A stretch of 64,000 nt of DNA from Pristiophorus japonicus. Lineage: Eukaryota. This document shows, one piece after another, positions 25,849 through 36,794 of the stretch. The notes beneath the pieces were generated by a model, which was not told the DNA's origin, did no database searches, and saw only the letters and a list, made by a program, of their open reading frames with translations. A program made the translations under genes and the position numbers. Within the stretch, counting starts at the first letter, position 1. Every line of letters begins with the position of its first letter. Location: the NCBI RefSeq assembly GCF_044704955.1, contig NC_091997.1, forward strand, positions 62,434,001-62,498,000, written 5' to 3'.

Positions 25849-25990
25849 GTAATCCCGGGGCCCGAGCTCCTGCTCAGGTAATCCCGGGGCCCGAGCTCCT
25901 GCTCAGGTAATCCCGGGGCCCGAGCTCCTGCTCAGGTAATCCCGGGGCCCGAGCTCGGGTAATCCCGGGGCCCGAGCTCCTGTTCAGGTG
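25830..25990 (+). repeat. 29-bp tandem repeat spanning the MPHOSPH10 exon 1 donor
   Basis: GGCCCGAGCTCCTGCTCAGGTAATCCCGG x4 plus two variant or partial units. Confidence 0.93.
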
Positions 25991-26039
25991 AAGCCTGGGG
26001 AGCCCTCAGCACTCAAACGCTTTACGGCTGCGAGAATCT

Positions 26040-26625
26040 GGTGCACTGTCCGGTGTGGGCCTGAGTTATACTGACCAGGGGTGCACTGTCCGGTGTGGGC
26101 CTGAGTTATACTGACCAGGGGTGCACTGTCCGGTGTGGGCCTGAGTTATACTGACCAGGGGTGCACTGTCCGGTGTGGGCCTGAGCTATACTGACCAGGG
26201 GTGCACTGTCCGGTGTGGGCCTGAGCTATACTGACCAGGGGTGCACTGTCCGGTGTGGGCCTGAGTTATACTGACCAGGGGTGCACTGTCCGGTGTGGGC
26301 CTGAGTTATACTGACCAGGGGTGCACTGTTCGGTGTGGGCCTGAGCTATACTGACCAGGGGTGCACTGTCCGGTGTGGGCGTGAGTTATACTGACCAGGG
26401 GTGCACTGTCCGGTGTGGGCCTGAGTTATACTGACCAGGGGTGCACTGTCCGGTGTGGGCCTGAGTTATACTGACCAGGGGTGCACTGTCCGGTGTGGGC
26501 GTGAGTTATACTGACCAGGGGTGCACTGTCCGGTGTGGGCCTGAGCTATACTGACCAGGGGTGCACTGTCCGGTGTGGGCCTGAGTTATACTGACCAGGG
26601 GTGCAGAGTCTGGCGTGGGCCTGAG
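26040..26625. repeat. 40-bp minisatellite (about 14.5 units) in MPHOSPH10 intron 1
   Basis: Unit GGTGCACTGTCCGGTGTGGGCCTGAGTTATACTGACCAGG. Confidence 0.97.
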
Positions 26626-26791
26626 GCAAACAGACTTTCCTGTAGAACCACATGAATCAACGCCTTTTGGGGAAAAATGGGGTGGGTGGGGATATAGAAT
26701 TTATAGTAACTAGATCCTAGTCTGCTGTGTTACAGGCTGAGATTGTGGAAGGAGCCATGGCATTAATGCTGTTCCTCTCTCCGTCTCCTAG

Positions 26792-27422
26792 TGTACAGGA
26801 TGGATTGGCATCAGACTTCACTGCTCTGACTAAAGAGCTGTATGATTTACAGAAGGCGCAGGAGGCAGGTGGTGTTGCGGGAAGCCCACTGAAGGAGCTG
26901 GTCGTGGAACAGTTTGATGAGGAGCAGATTTGGCAAGAGATCGAACTGCAGAACAATTCAGTCTTAAACTACTTCAAAACGACGGTAGCATCTCTGCTTC
27001 GGGGCACTCTTTTTCGGTTGATTGAAGAAGAGGTGATCGAAGTTCCTGAGCAAGAGTTTGAAAACGATGTGTCTGTAGAAGATGATGAGATAAGGGAGAG
27101 TAGTGACGAGGAGGACAGAGAAGAGTTAAAACATAAAGTCAAAGGGAAAAATATTCAAACTGAAAAGCTTAGTGATGAAGACTCTGACCTCAACTTTGAT
27201 ATTGATGAACTCGAGAAAAAGACTAAACCCGAGAGGAGGCCGAGATTCGCCACCACCTCTGACCTAGATGATAGATTTTTTAGACTTTCAGAAATGGAAG
27301 CTTTTTTGGAGAAAGCTGAGAAGGATGAAGGGAAGCAAAAGGATGATAATGAAATCAATTATTTTGAAGATATTCCTTCTGAGGATGAAGAACTTGTCAT
27401 CAAAACAAAGACTAAGGGAAAG
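26792..27422 (+). CDS. MPHOSPH10: MPHOSPH10 exon 2
   Basis: VQDGLASDFTALTKELYD...FDEEQIWQEIELQN...DDRFFRLSEMEAFLE; AG/GT boundaries in phase. Confidence 0.95.
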
Positions 27423-28693
27423 GTAATGATCTTGTATTCAGCCCTGCTCCCTGACCCCTGCTGTGATATAATTTCATGGATGCTTGTCAGTCTCTGCTAC
27501 CTTGATTTAATGGCCATTCTTTGTTTTAGGCAGTGAGAGTCCATGGGCTATTTGATTGTGGGAGGCAGCACAGTCTTCACCCATTGCACAAACACTCACT
27601 GAATTGTGACCAGGATTAGAGGCCCTGGCTGATTTGTTTTCCTCTCCCTAGCCCAGGACTGCCCCCTCGCTGTTCCCCAGCTGTGATTTGCTAGCTCAGC
27701 ATAAACTGAGGGTTGGGCCACTGGACTGTATAGCTCAGTACCACACCAGCCCATACATTTACCCGCTGGGGAGTTGAAGTGAAGATCTTTTAATGAAATA
27801 GCACTAGTTGATCCATTGTGATGTTGGTCACAGAAAAATATTTTCTCTCTCCTCCTGCAGTTATCTCTGCTCATCTGTCTGACTTCCTTTATCCACACTG
27901 GTCAGATTTCTACCACATTGTTGTTGAGGAAACTGAAAGCTAGGGTGCATTATATGGAAGCCGGGTACAAGAGCACACGCACTTATATCCAGGGCCCAGT
28001 GACCCCATAACTGTCTGAGAGATGCAGCAGCTGCTGAAAATCTGCAACTTTCGCTGGTGGGACCACTGTTCCCTGGGGTTCGCTGTGTGCTCTGCCTGTG
28101 ATTCACACGGTGGGGTGCACTCACACACCACCTGCTGTTGAGATATCAGTCCCTGATACCCACTCAGCAAAGGGCGGAAACTTCTGCTTGCCAGTCAGTG
28201 ACCATCCCCCTGGGGTGGAGGGGAAGTCCGCGGGGATCTGCGTAGGACCAAGGTGGCTACAAATTGACATGCTGGTGGGAAACTAAGTCAATCCGCGGTC
28301 TCTGTAATCTAAAGCCTGTAGGCCCACAGTACTCCAGGACTTGATTGATCAGCCAGTCTGGATTACTGTTGGGACCTGGAGAGATTGAACTGTTGCTAGG
28401 ATTGGGATTCTTCCCACGAGGCTCCAGATAGCAGTCGTAAGGTGTGTGAATTCAGCTGGTTAAATTGCAGCAGAACCCTTGGGGAGTTCCTAAGCCCTTC
28501 CTGCCATGGGCTGGTCTCTCGCACACCTGCTAGTCGCAGCCTGTACAGCTGATTGGTGGAGATCTAATAACAGCTTGGTTGCTCATCCCTTCTATGGGAG
28601 TAAGTGATGAAGGGCGGGTGGACCTAGTGATGTGAGTATGAGGAGCTCTGTATTAATGTTTTTACCTGTTTGAATTTTGTTGCTGTTTGTCAG

Positions 28694-28857
28694 ACTAAGA
28701 GTTCCAGGAACCTGCAGTACAAGGATTTCTTTGACCCGGTCGAGGGTGAGGAACCTGCGATAGAAGGTGGCGATGAGGAGAATGAAAGTGACGAGGCAGA
28801 AGGGGAACCAGAGTTAGAAGAATTTGAAGAGGATGAGGATATGGAAGAAATGGATGA
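28694..28857 (+). CDS. MPHOSPH10: MPHOSPH10 exon 3
   Basis: TKSSRNLQYKDFFDPV plus acidic run; GA|GTATGT donor, phase 2. Confidence 0.92.
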
Positions 28858-29246
28858 GTATGTTTACTGAAGTTTCCTTCTCCATTTCCTCCCCCCCTCC
28901 CTAAGCCACAGGCGCTGGGTCCAGCCCGAGAGTCGCTGACACCCCTCTGATTACCCCATCCAAGAGACCGTTCCTGTCTTGGGCGAGACAGTGGCTGAAT
29001 AATATACAGTGGGCGCGTCTCAATCGCCGGGAATATAACCCAAGTTCAACTATTCCCTTTCTCCTGGTGACTCTCTCCAGACACCATATTCCAGATGAGG
29101 GCTGCCCGGCATTGTGTGTCTGCGATAGTACTGCCTTGGTTTTATATTCTGTACCTCGTGATGAAGTCCAGCATCCCACTGACCTTAACTGTTCTCCTTT
29201 TACATTTGCGCTATTTTAATGACATGTACATTATAATGACTGGAGC

Positions 29247-31275
29247 ATAGAAACATAGAAAATAGGTGCAGGAGTAGGCCATTCGGCCTTTCGAGCCTGC
29301 ACCACCATTCAATAAGATCATGGCTGATCATTCACCTCAGTACCCCTTTCCTGCTTTCTCTTCAGATCCCTTTAGCCGTAATGACCATATCTAACTCCCT
29401 CTTGAATATATCCAATGAACTGGCATCAACAACTCTCTGCGGCAGGGAATTCCACAGGTTAACAACTCTCTGAGTGAAGAAGTTTCTCCTCATCTCGGTC
29501 CTAAATGGCCTACCCCTTATCTAAGACTGTGTCCCCTGGTTCTGGACTTCCCCAAAATCGGGAACATTCTTCCCGCATCCAACCTGTCCAGTCCTGTCAG
29601 AATCTTATACGTTTCTATGAGATCCCCTCTCATCCTTCTGAACTCCAGTGTATAAAGGCCCAGTTAATCCAGTCTCTCCTCATATGAGATCCCCTCTCAT
29701 CCTTCTAAACTCCAGTGTATAAAGGCCCAGTTAATCCAGTCTCTCCTCATGTGCCAGTCCAGCCATCCCTGGAATCAGTCTGGTGACCCTTCGCTGCACT
29801 CCCTCAATAGCAAGAACATCCTTCCTCAGATTAGGAGACCAAAACTGAACACAATATTCCAGGTGAGGTCTCACCAAGGCCCTGTACAACTGCAGTAAGA
29901 CCTCCCTGCTCCTATACTCAAATCCCCTCGCTATAAAGGCCAACATACCATTTGCCGCCTTCACCACCTGCTGTACCTGTATGCCAACTTTCAATGACTG
30001 ATGTACCATGACACCCAGGTCTCGTTGCACCTCCCCTTTTCCTAATCTGCCACCATTCAGATAATATTCTGCCTTCGTGTTTTTACCCCCAAAGTGGATA
30101 ACCTCACATTTATCCACATTATACTACATCTGCCATGCATTTGCCCACTCACCTAACCTGTCCAAGTCACCCTGCAGCCTCTTGGCGTCCTCCTCACAGC
30201 TCACACCGCCACCCAGTTTAGTGTCATCTGCAAACTTGGAGCTATTACACTCAATTCCTTCATCTAAATCATTAATGTATATTGTAAAGAGCTGGGGTCC
30301 CAGCACAGAGCCCTGCAGCACTCCACTAGTCACTGCCTGCCATTCTGAAAAGGACCCGTTTATCCCGACTCTCTGCTTCCTGTCTGCCAACCAGTTCTCA
30401 ATCCAGGTCAGTACATTACCCCCAATACCATGTGCTTTGATTTTGCACACCAATCTCTTGTGTGGGACCTTGTCAAAAGCCTTTTGAAAGTCCAAATACA
30501 CCACATCCACTGGTTCTCCCTTGTCCACTTTACTAGTTACATCCTCAAAAAATTCTAGAAGATTCGTCAAGCATGATTTCCCCTTCATAATCCATGCTGG
30601 CTTGGACCGATCCTGTCACTGCTTTCCAAATGCACAGCTATTTCATCCTTAATGATTGATTCCAACATTTTCCCCAATACTGATGTCAGGCTAACTGGTC
30701 TATAATTACCCGTTTTCTCTCTCCCTCCTTTTTTTTAAAAAGTGGTGTTACATTAGCTACCCTACAGTCCATAGGAACTGATCCAGAGTCGATAGACTGT
30801 TGGAAAATGATCACCAATGCATCCACTATTTCTAGGGCCACTTCCTTAAGTATTCTGGGATGCAGACTATCAGGCCCTGGGGATTTAATTGCCTTCAATC
30901 CCATCAATTTCCCTAACACAATTTCCTGCCTAATAAGGATATCCTTCAGTTCCTCCTTCTCACTAGCTCCTCGGTCCCCTAGTACATCCGGATGGTTATT
31001 TGTGTCTTCCTTCGTGAAGACAGAACCAAAGTATCTGTTCAATTGGTCTGACATTTCTTTGTTCCCCATTATAAATTCACCTGAATCTGACTGCAAGGGA
31101 CCTATGTTTGTCTTCACTAATCTTTTTCTCGTCACACATCTATAGAAGCTTTTGCAGTTCGTTTTCATGTTCCCGGCAAGCTTCCTCTTGTACTCTATTT
31201 TCCCCCTCTTAATTAAACCCTTAGTCCTCCTCTGCTGTATTCTAAATTTCTCCCAGTCCTCAGGTTTGCTGTTTT
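29247..31275 (-). mobile_element. 5'-truncated CR1 LINE (RT domain, frameshifted) with internal 67-bp tandem duplication at 29617-29750
   Basis: [23 protein letters not shown] and KFADDTK motifs; (CATAGAAA)2 tail. Confidence 0.95.
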
Positions 31276-31600
31276 ATTGGTGGACAATTAGTCAGTGCAC
31301 TGAGATCAGTTGAGGCAGCCCAACGAGACCAGCAATGGGATGGAGTCTGGGCCACCAGGTTTGCAGGGAGCAGGTACTCCAAATCATTGTTGTCTTGCTA
31401 AAGCTGCTGAAAGAATTGTACCGCTCCAGCAATTGGTCTGTGCCACACACCCCACCTGTGATTTGTGGTATCATGCTTAATTAGCAACAAATACTATAAA
31501 TACAAGCTGAAAATAGATGATCCGGTATATTCTTTTGATGGAAGAGTGTAGATTCTGTATTTCTGTGTTGCATTAATTTGATTTCCTTTTTGTGACCCAG

Positions 31601-31769
31601 AGACCAGGAGGAAATGGAGGAATCCAAGAGAGACCGAAAGGCCAAGGGGGCCCATAAGAAAGTTAGCTTTGACCTGTTGCACGACAGTGAGGGGGAGGAA
31701 TTGGCCGATGTGATAGGAGGAAAGAAGCCGGAAGAGGCAAAATCAGCCTTTGAAAAACGGCAAGAAAGG
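31601..31769 (+). CDS. MPHOSPH10: MPHOSPH10 exon 4
   Basis: ...AHKKVSFDL...KSAFEKRQER; splice sites in phase. Confidence 0.92.
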
Positions 31770-31918
31770 GTGATTATTGTAAAGACAATTAATTCAGGCA
31801 CAGACCGCGAGGATTAACGCTAACACGGGCTGGTTGGTCCGAATGGCCGGTGTGCAGCCTGTAATTTCTAAATAATGTAATTCCGCAGATAACCTGCAAC
31901 GTGTTTTGTTCCCGATAG

Positions 31919-32060
31919 TTGAACACACAAATCCAGCAGCTGGAGAAATCTGCCTTGGAGCATAAGCCGTGGCAGCTCCTGGGAGAGGTCAATGCTCAGA
32001 AACGACCCGAGAACAGCCTACTGGAGGAGGACCTGCTGTTTGACCACGCAGTCAGGAAGG
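31919..32060 (+). CDS. MPHOSPH10: MPHOSPH10 exon 5
   Basis: KPWQLLGEVNAQKRPENSLLEEDLLFDHAVR, conserved Mpp10 motif. Confidence 0.96.
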
Positions 32061-32231
32061 GTGAGTCTCAGTCTGCACACTCACCTTGCGACGAGGAGGG
32101 GTGCACTGACCGCTCGTTCAGACAGCAGTACATCTGGGTGTATGGGACAGTGCTTTTACTAGCAAAGCATTAAGTTGTGTCATAATTTGCTTTGTATTTA
32201 GTTTGTGCTTATTTCTGATCTCTGTTCTCAG

Positions 32232-32299
32232 CTCCTGTCATCACTGAGGCGACAACACTTCAACTGGAAGATGTAATTATCCAGAGGATTAAAGACCAG
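32232..32299 (+). CDS. MPHOSPH10: MPHOSPH10 exon 6
   Basis: APVITEATTLQLEDVIIQRIKDQ; cAG acceptor and GTCAGT donor. Confidence 0.94.
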
Positions 32300-32317
32300 G
32301 TCAGTGCAAGACGTTGT

Positions 32318-33160
32318 CATAGAATCATAGAAATTTATGGCACAGAAAGGAGGTCATGTGGCACATTGTGCATGCCGGCTGAAAAAGAGCTATCCAGCCT
32401 TTTGTCCGAGCCTTGTAGGGTACAGCACTTCGAGCGCATATCCAAGTAGTTATTTAATGTGATGAGGGTTCCTGCCTCTATCACCCTTTCAGGCAGTGAG
32501 TTCTAGACCCCCATCACCCTCTGGGTGTAAATGTTCTCCTCAACTCCCCTCTAATCCTTCTGTCGGCACAGGCTCAACAGGTCGAATGGCCGCCTTCTGT
32601 GCTGTAACCATTCTATGATTCCATTTCTTTAAATCTATGCCCCCTGGTTAGTGACCTCTCTGCTAAGGGAAATAGGTCCTTCCTATCCACTCTATCCAGG
32701 CCCCTCATCATTTTAAACACCTCAATTAAATCTCTCCTCAGCCTCCTCTGTTCCAAAGAAAACAACCCCAGCCTATCCAATCTTTCCTTATAGCTAAAAT
32801 TCTCGTAAAACTCCTCTGTACCCTCTCTAGTGCAATCACATCTTTCCTGTAATGTGGTGACCAGAACTGCATGCAATACTCTAGCTGTGGCCTAACTAGT
32901 GTTTTATTCATTTCAAGCATAACCTTCCTGCTCTTGCATTCTATGCCTCGGCTAATAATGGCCAGTATCCCATATGCTGCCTTAACCACTTTATCTACCG
33001 GTCCTGCTGCCTTCAAGGATCTGTGGACATGCACTCCAACGTCCCTCTTTTCCTCTACACTTCTCAGTATCCTACCATCTATTGTGTATTCCCTTGCCTT
33101 GTTAGCCCTCCCCAAATGCATTCCCTCACACTTCTCTGAATAGAATTCCATTTGCCGCTG
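32318..33160 (-). mobile_element. CR1 LINE 3' fragment containing a short plus-strand CR1 tail (about 32565-32620)
   Basis: LVRPQLEYCMQFWSP peptide; (CATAGAAT)n tail; inserted GTCGAATGGCCGCCTTCTGTGCTGTAACCATTCTATGATTC. Confidence 0.85.
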
Positions 33161-34932
33161 TCATTAACTGTGGCACAGCTTGTCTGTAAGGGGTTCAGAG
33201 TTTTAAAATTAGGTGGAAGGAGAGAGAGTGCACCATCTCACAATCGAATTAAGTGTCATTTGTAGATGGTCACATGTTTTAAGTGTTAGTCTAGTAGGTG
33301 CAGTACCTGAGTCTAAGCTGGGAGACCAACAGAGTCCAGGTTTCAGTGAACATTTAGTTTGGGTTTTCACTGTGTTGGAGGGGTGTAACCTCCTGGGAGA
33401 TTGGCCAGAGCCACACTGGCTGAGTCTGGGGTCTGTCCACTGCCTCTTTGTCACTATCTCCTCAGTGGGAATTCATAAAATTGCAGGGAAACAGGCAGGT
33501 TAGAAAAAAATAATTCCATGGTAGAAATTTCCCTTACATGCTGATGTGTAATAAACGCAGCCTCAGCTGAGTAATATAAAGCAGGCTAAATGAGCCAAGT
33601 CACAATTTGTACAGAAAATCTGATTTCACTCAGACACTCTCGACCGAATCTTTGAGTTGCAGTGAAAATTGGTGAGAGAGTGAAGACAGTAAAACCTGCC
33701 CAGACACCTCCAGCTCTGACCTACCCGGGCAGTTTATCAGGAGCATTGCAAACAAGGCCGACAGCAAGAAGCTGTGAAATAACTGTTACATAGGAAAATC
33801 TCCAAACCTAATAGCTTGTGCCACATCTAGCAACTAATTGCTTGGAATATTCCAACTGCATTGGTGTCCAATTGCATGGCCAGCTTGCGCTTGCTAAGTG
33901 TGGCATATTCAGATGTTTCACCCACTGGAATGCTGCAGATACAGTGTGCTTTCATTTAAACCAAATGTAAAGACAGCAGGAAAATAGCACAAAGTGTGGA
34001 AACTGCAGATAATGGTGTGAAAAATTACCATACTGTAAATAATGGAAAGCAGGAGAGCGGTGTTTGAAAGATGGAGAGCTCGGGCTGTTCACAATAAGCA
34101 CTCTTGTTGGAGTGGGATTGATGATACATGCATATATAAAATTTATATCAGCGTGTGCTAGAATTACTGCCTTCCCTGATTAAAAATAGATCTCTCTCAC
34201 CCCTGGGATCTGGGAGGTGTATTCACTTAGATTCAATTAGATTGAGAATGTGTCGCTCCACTTGGTATGCAAGAACAGAGATCATCAGTGGGGGTTTTAT
34301 AGATTGTTCAAAATGATAAATGGGACAGACTAGGCAAACATAAATCGATGCTTCCCATTGGTCAGTGAATCGAAGACAAGGCCATAATCTTGAGATAAGC
34401 ACTAGTACGGCGTGCCAGGGTGGAGGAAGCTTTTCACTGTTATCGCAAGGTGAATGCTTTGCACGTGATCGGCACTAGATTAGTTACAGGCATTAGAGTA
34501 TGAAACGGTCGGGGAAGGAAGTGGGAGTGTGGTAAAATCAGTTTCTGAGAGAGGCCGAACTTCCCTCAATCTGAAATAACAGAATCTTGGAACGCGCAGC
34601 TGGTCAGTCAGACACTGACAGTGAACTGGCCGGTGAGAGATTTGGGTGGGAGCTGGGATGGCGGATCTCCATACCAAATGTTCCTGGCTCCTTTTCCGGT
34701 GCCGGAGAACCAGATGTGCATGTCCAGAATTGGTGAATGTTGAGTATCAATATGTTTACACTGCTTTAAACACGGGCATTTTCAAGAAGGTTCCTTTCCA
34801 CTTGTCGACAGGCATGTTGGACTCTGTGGAGTGGCTCCGATTCTCTGCTGTGTTTGTTTGGTGGATTGCAGCCACTAATGGTGCCGATTAATCAGCTGTT
34901 GATGGCTGGGCATGGTCCACTCTGTGTTACAG

Positions 34933-35070
34933 GCCTGGGACGATGTTGTACGGAAGGAAAAGCTAAAAGAGGAGACCTTTGAATACAAAAAGCGACTCAC
35001 CTTGGACCATGAGAAAAGCAAGCTGAGTCTGACCGAAGTGTACGAGCAGGAATATCTAAAGCAAACTCAG
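34933..35070 (+). CDS. MPHOSPH10: MPHOSPH10 exon 7
   Basis: AWDDVVRKEK...LDHEKSKLSLTEVYEQEYLKQTQ. Confidence 0.96.
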
Positions 35071-35376
35071 GTAATAATGCCGGGCTTCTGGGTTTTGAAC
35101 AAGGGGTTGATCGGAGTGGAAGTGCAACAGTTAGTTTCAGCGCCCCGGGCTAGACACGGGACATTAGACCAGGATCCGGCTCAGCGGCGATGCCTTGCAC
35201 GGTAATGTTATTTTAGGGAGGATGAAGTTATGATTGGTAAATGATTTGCTGTGATGTTAGTCGGGTGCGAGATTACAGGCCACAGCCAGAAGGAGTACGT
35301 GAGGTCTCCGAGCTGCCGGGTGATTGTGTCAGTGGGGCATCGTGTCAGGTTTTTAATGAAACGTTTGTTATTGCAG

Positions 35377-35487
35377 CAAAAGTCTGAAGTGGAAGAAAAC
35401 CAGCAGCACCTGGATATCCAGAAGATGATGGATTCCCTTTTCCTCAAAATGGACGCACTCTCCAACTTCCACTTCACACCCAAACCG
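35377..35487 (+). CDS. MPHOSPH10: MPHOSPH10 exon 8
   Basis: ...IQKMMDSLFLKMDALSNFHFTPKP; GTGAGT donor. Confidence 0.95.
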
Positions 35488-35719
35488 GTGAGTAAAGGAA
35501 TCGGTGCAATGTCGGAGTCTGAGCAGAGACGAGTGTGTTGGGAGCACGGCTCCGATTGTTTTGCTGATTGTCTGTATTACTGGGCGGAAACATTTGATCT
35601 TTGCTGGATTTTAATGCCCTGCCTGGCCTGACCCTGGCTCCAGGAATAACCCCTGCTACGTTGTTTGATGGATGTCGCTCAGCATGACTCGAGCTGGTTG
35701 CTGGAGTGATACAGATCGT

Positions 35720-36135
35720 GTGCGGTAGTGTAGTGGTTATGTTACTGGACAAGTAACCCAGAGTCCTTGACTAATAACCTGGAGACGTTTGTGAGCTTAA
35801 ATTCAGTTAAATAAATCTGGAATAAAGAGCTAGTGTCAGTAATGGTGACCATGCAGCTGTCGGATTGTGATTTAAAAACCCAACTGGTTCACTAATGTCC
35901 TTCAGGGAGGAAACCTGATGTCCTTACCTGATCTGGGCCTACATGTGACTCCAGTCTGCACCAACATGGTTGCCTCTTAACTGCCTTCTGAAATGGCCTA
36001 GCCATTTGTATCAAAGCACACCACACGGACTGCAGCGGTTCAAGGCAGCTCACCACCTTCTCAAGGGCAGTTGGGGATGGGCATTAAATCCTGGCCTTGC
36101 CAGCGACGCCCACAGCCCATGAATTATTTTTTTTT
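35720..36135 (+). mobile_element. tRNA-derived SINE sharing its 3' tail with the plus-strand LINE family at 20810 and 45150
   Basis: A-box-like GTGTAGTGGTTA head; central CTGGTTCACTAATGTCCTT...CCTACATGTGACTCCAG; tail GGACTGCAGCGGTTCAAGG...GGCCTTGCCAGCGACGCCCAC. Confidence 0.75.
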
Positions 36136-36794
36136 TTAAATCAGCAAGGTCCTGCACTCGATTTCTAGTCAGCTGGGAGACGGATGGAGGGGAACCACAT
36201 TGTGCCTCAGTACTCCTGGTAAGGGGGAAATCAAGCACCACTGCCCTGTCACCCCTGCTGGAAAATACCTGTTTATGGACATCCATTGAGGACAGGATCA
36301 CACTCTGCTGTGATGCCCCCCGTGGTTGGATAGCTCATCATCTAGGCTCACACATGAGGAATGGCCATCTGGGTGCCTGTACTACTGTAGCCAGCGAGAG
36401 TTGGGGACTTCAGGAGAGGAGGGGCAAAAACTTGTCGGACAAAACTGGTAAAATAATAAGCAGACATTCCCCTCGGTGCGGGAGTGTAATCGAGAACTCC
36501 AGACTCTTATTGTGGAACTTCAGTGGCACCAAAACCTAATCTCAAAGGCTCGGTGTTTCCTCTGACTTTTTACTTTCTTCTTTGTGTAGAGGATTGACTT
36601 GCTGTTTGCTGCTTATGACCCTACACACACGGCCCCAAGGGCAGCTTTATTCCTGCAGCCCACAGAGCTCCAGATCTCTGATACTGAATTGTGCACAGCA
36701 CGAAGATCAGTCACCTGCAGAATCCGAGGACAGGTCACTGAGTACTTCACACCACTGGGTCCCTCCTCCTGAGACCCCAACACTGGGCCCCTCA

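Noticed and set aside
26727-26791. ORF-track start for MPHOSPH10 (MLQAEIVEG...)
   Set aside because: Intronic; the exon begins at the 26792 acceptor, in phase with exon 1 at 25781-25848
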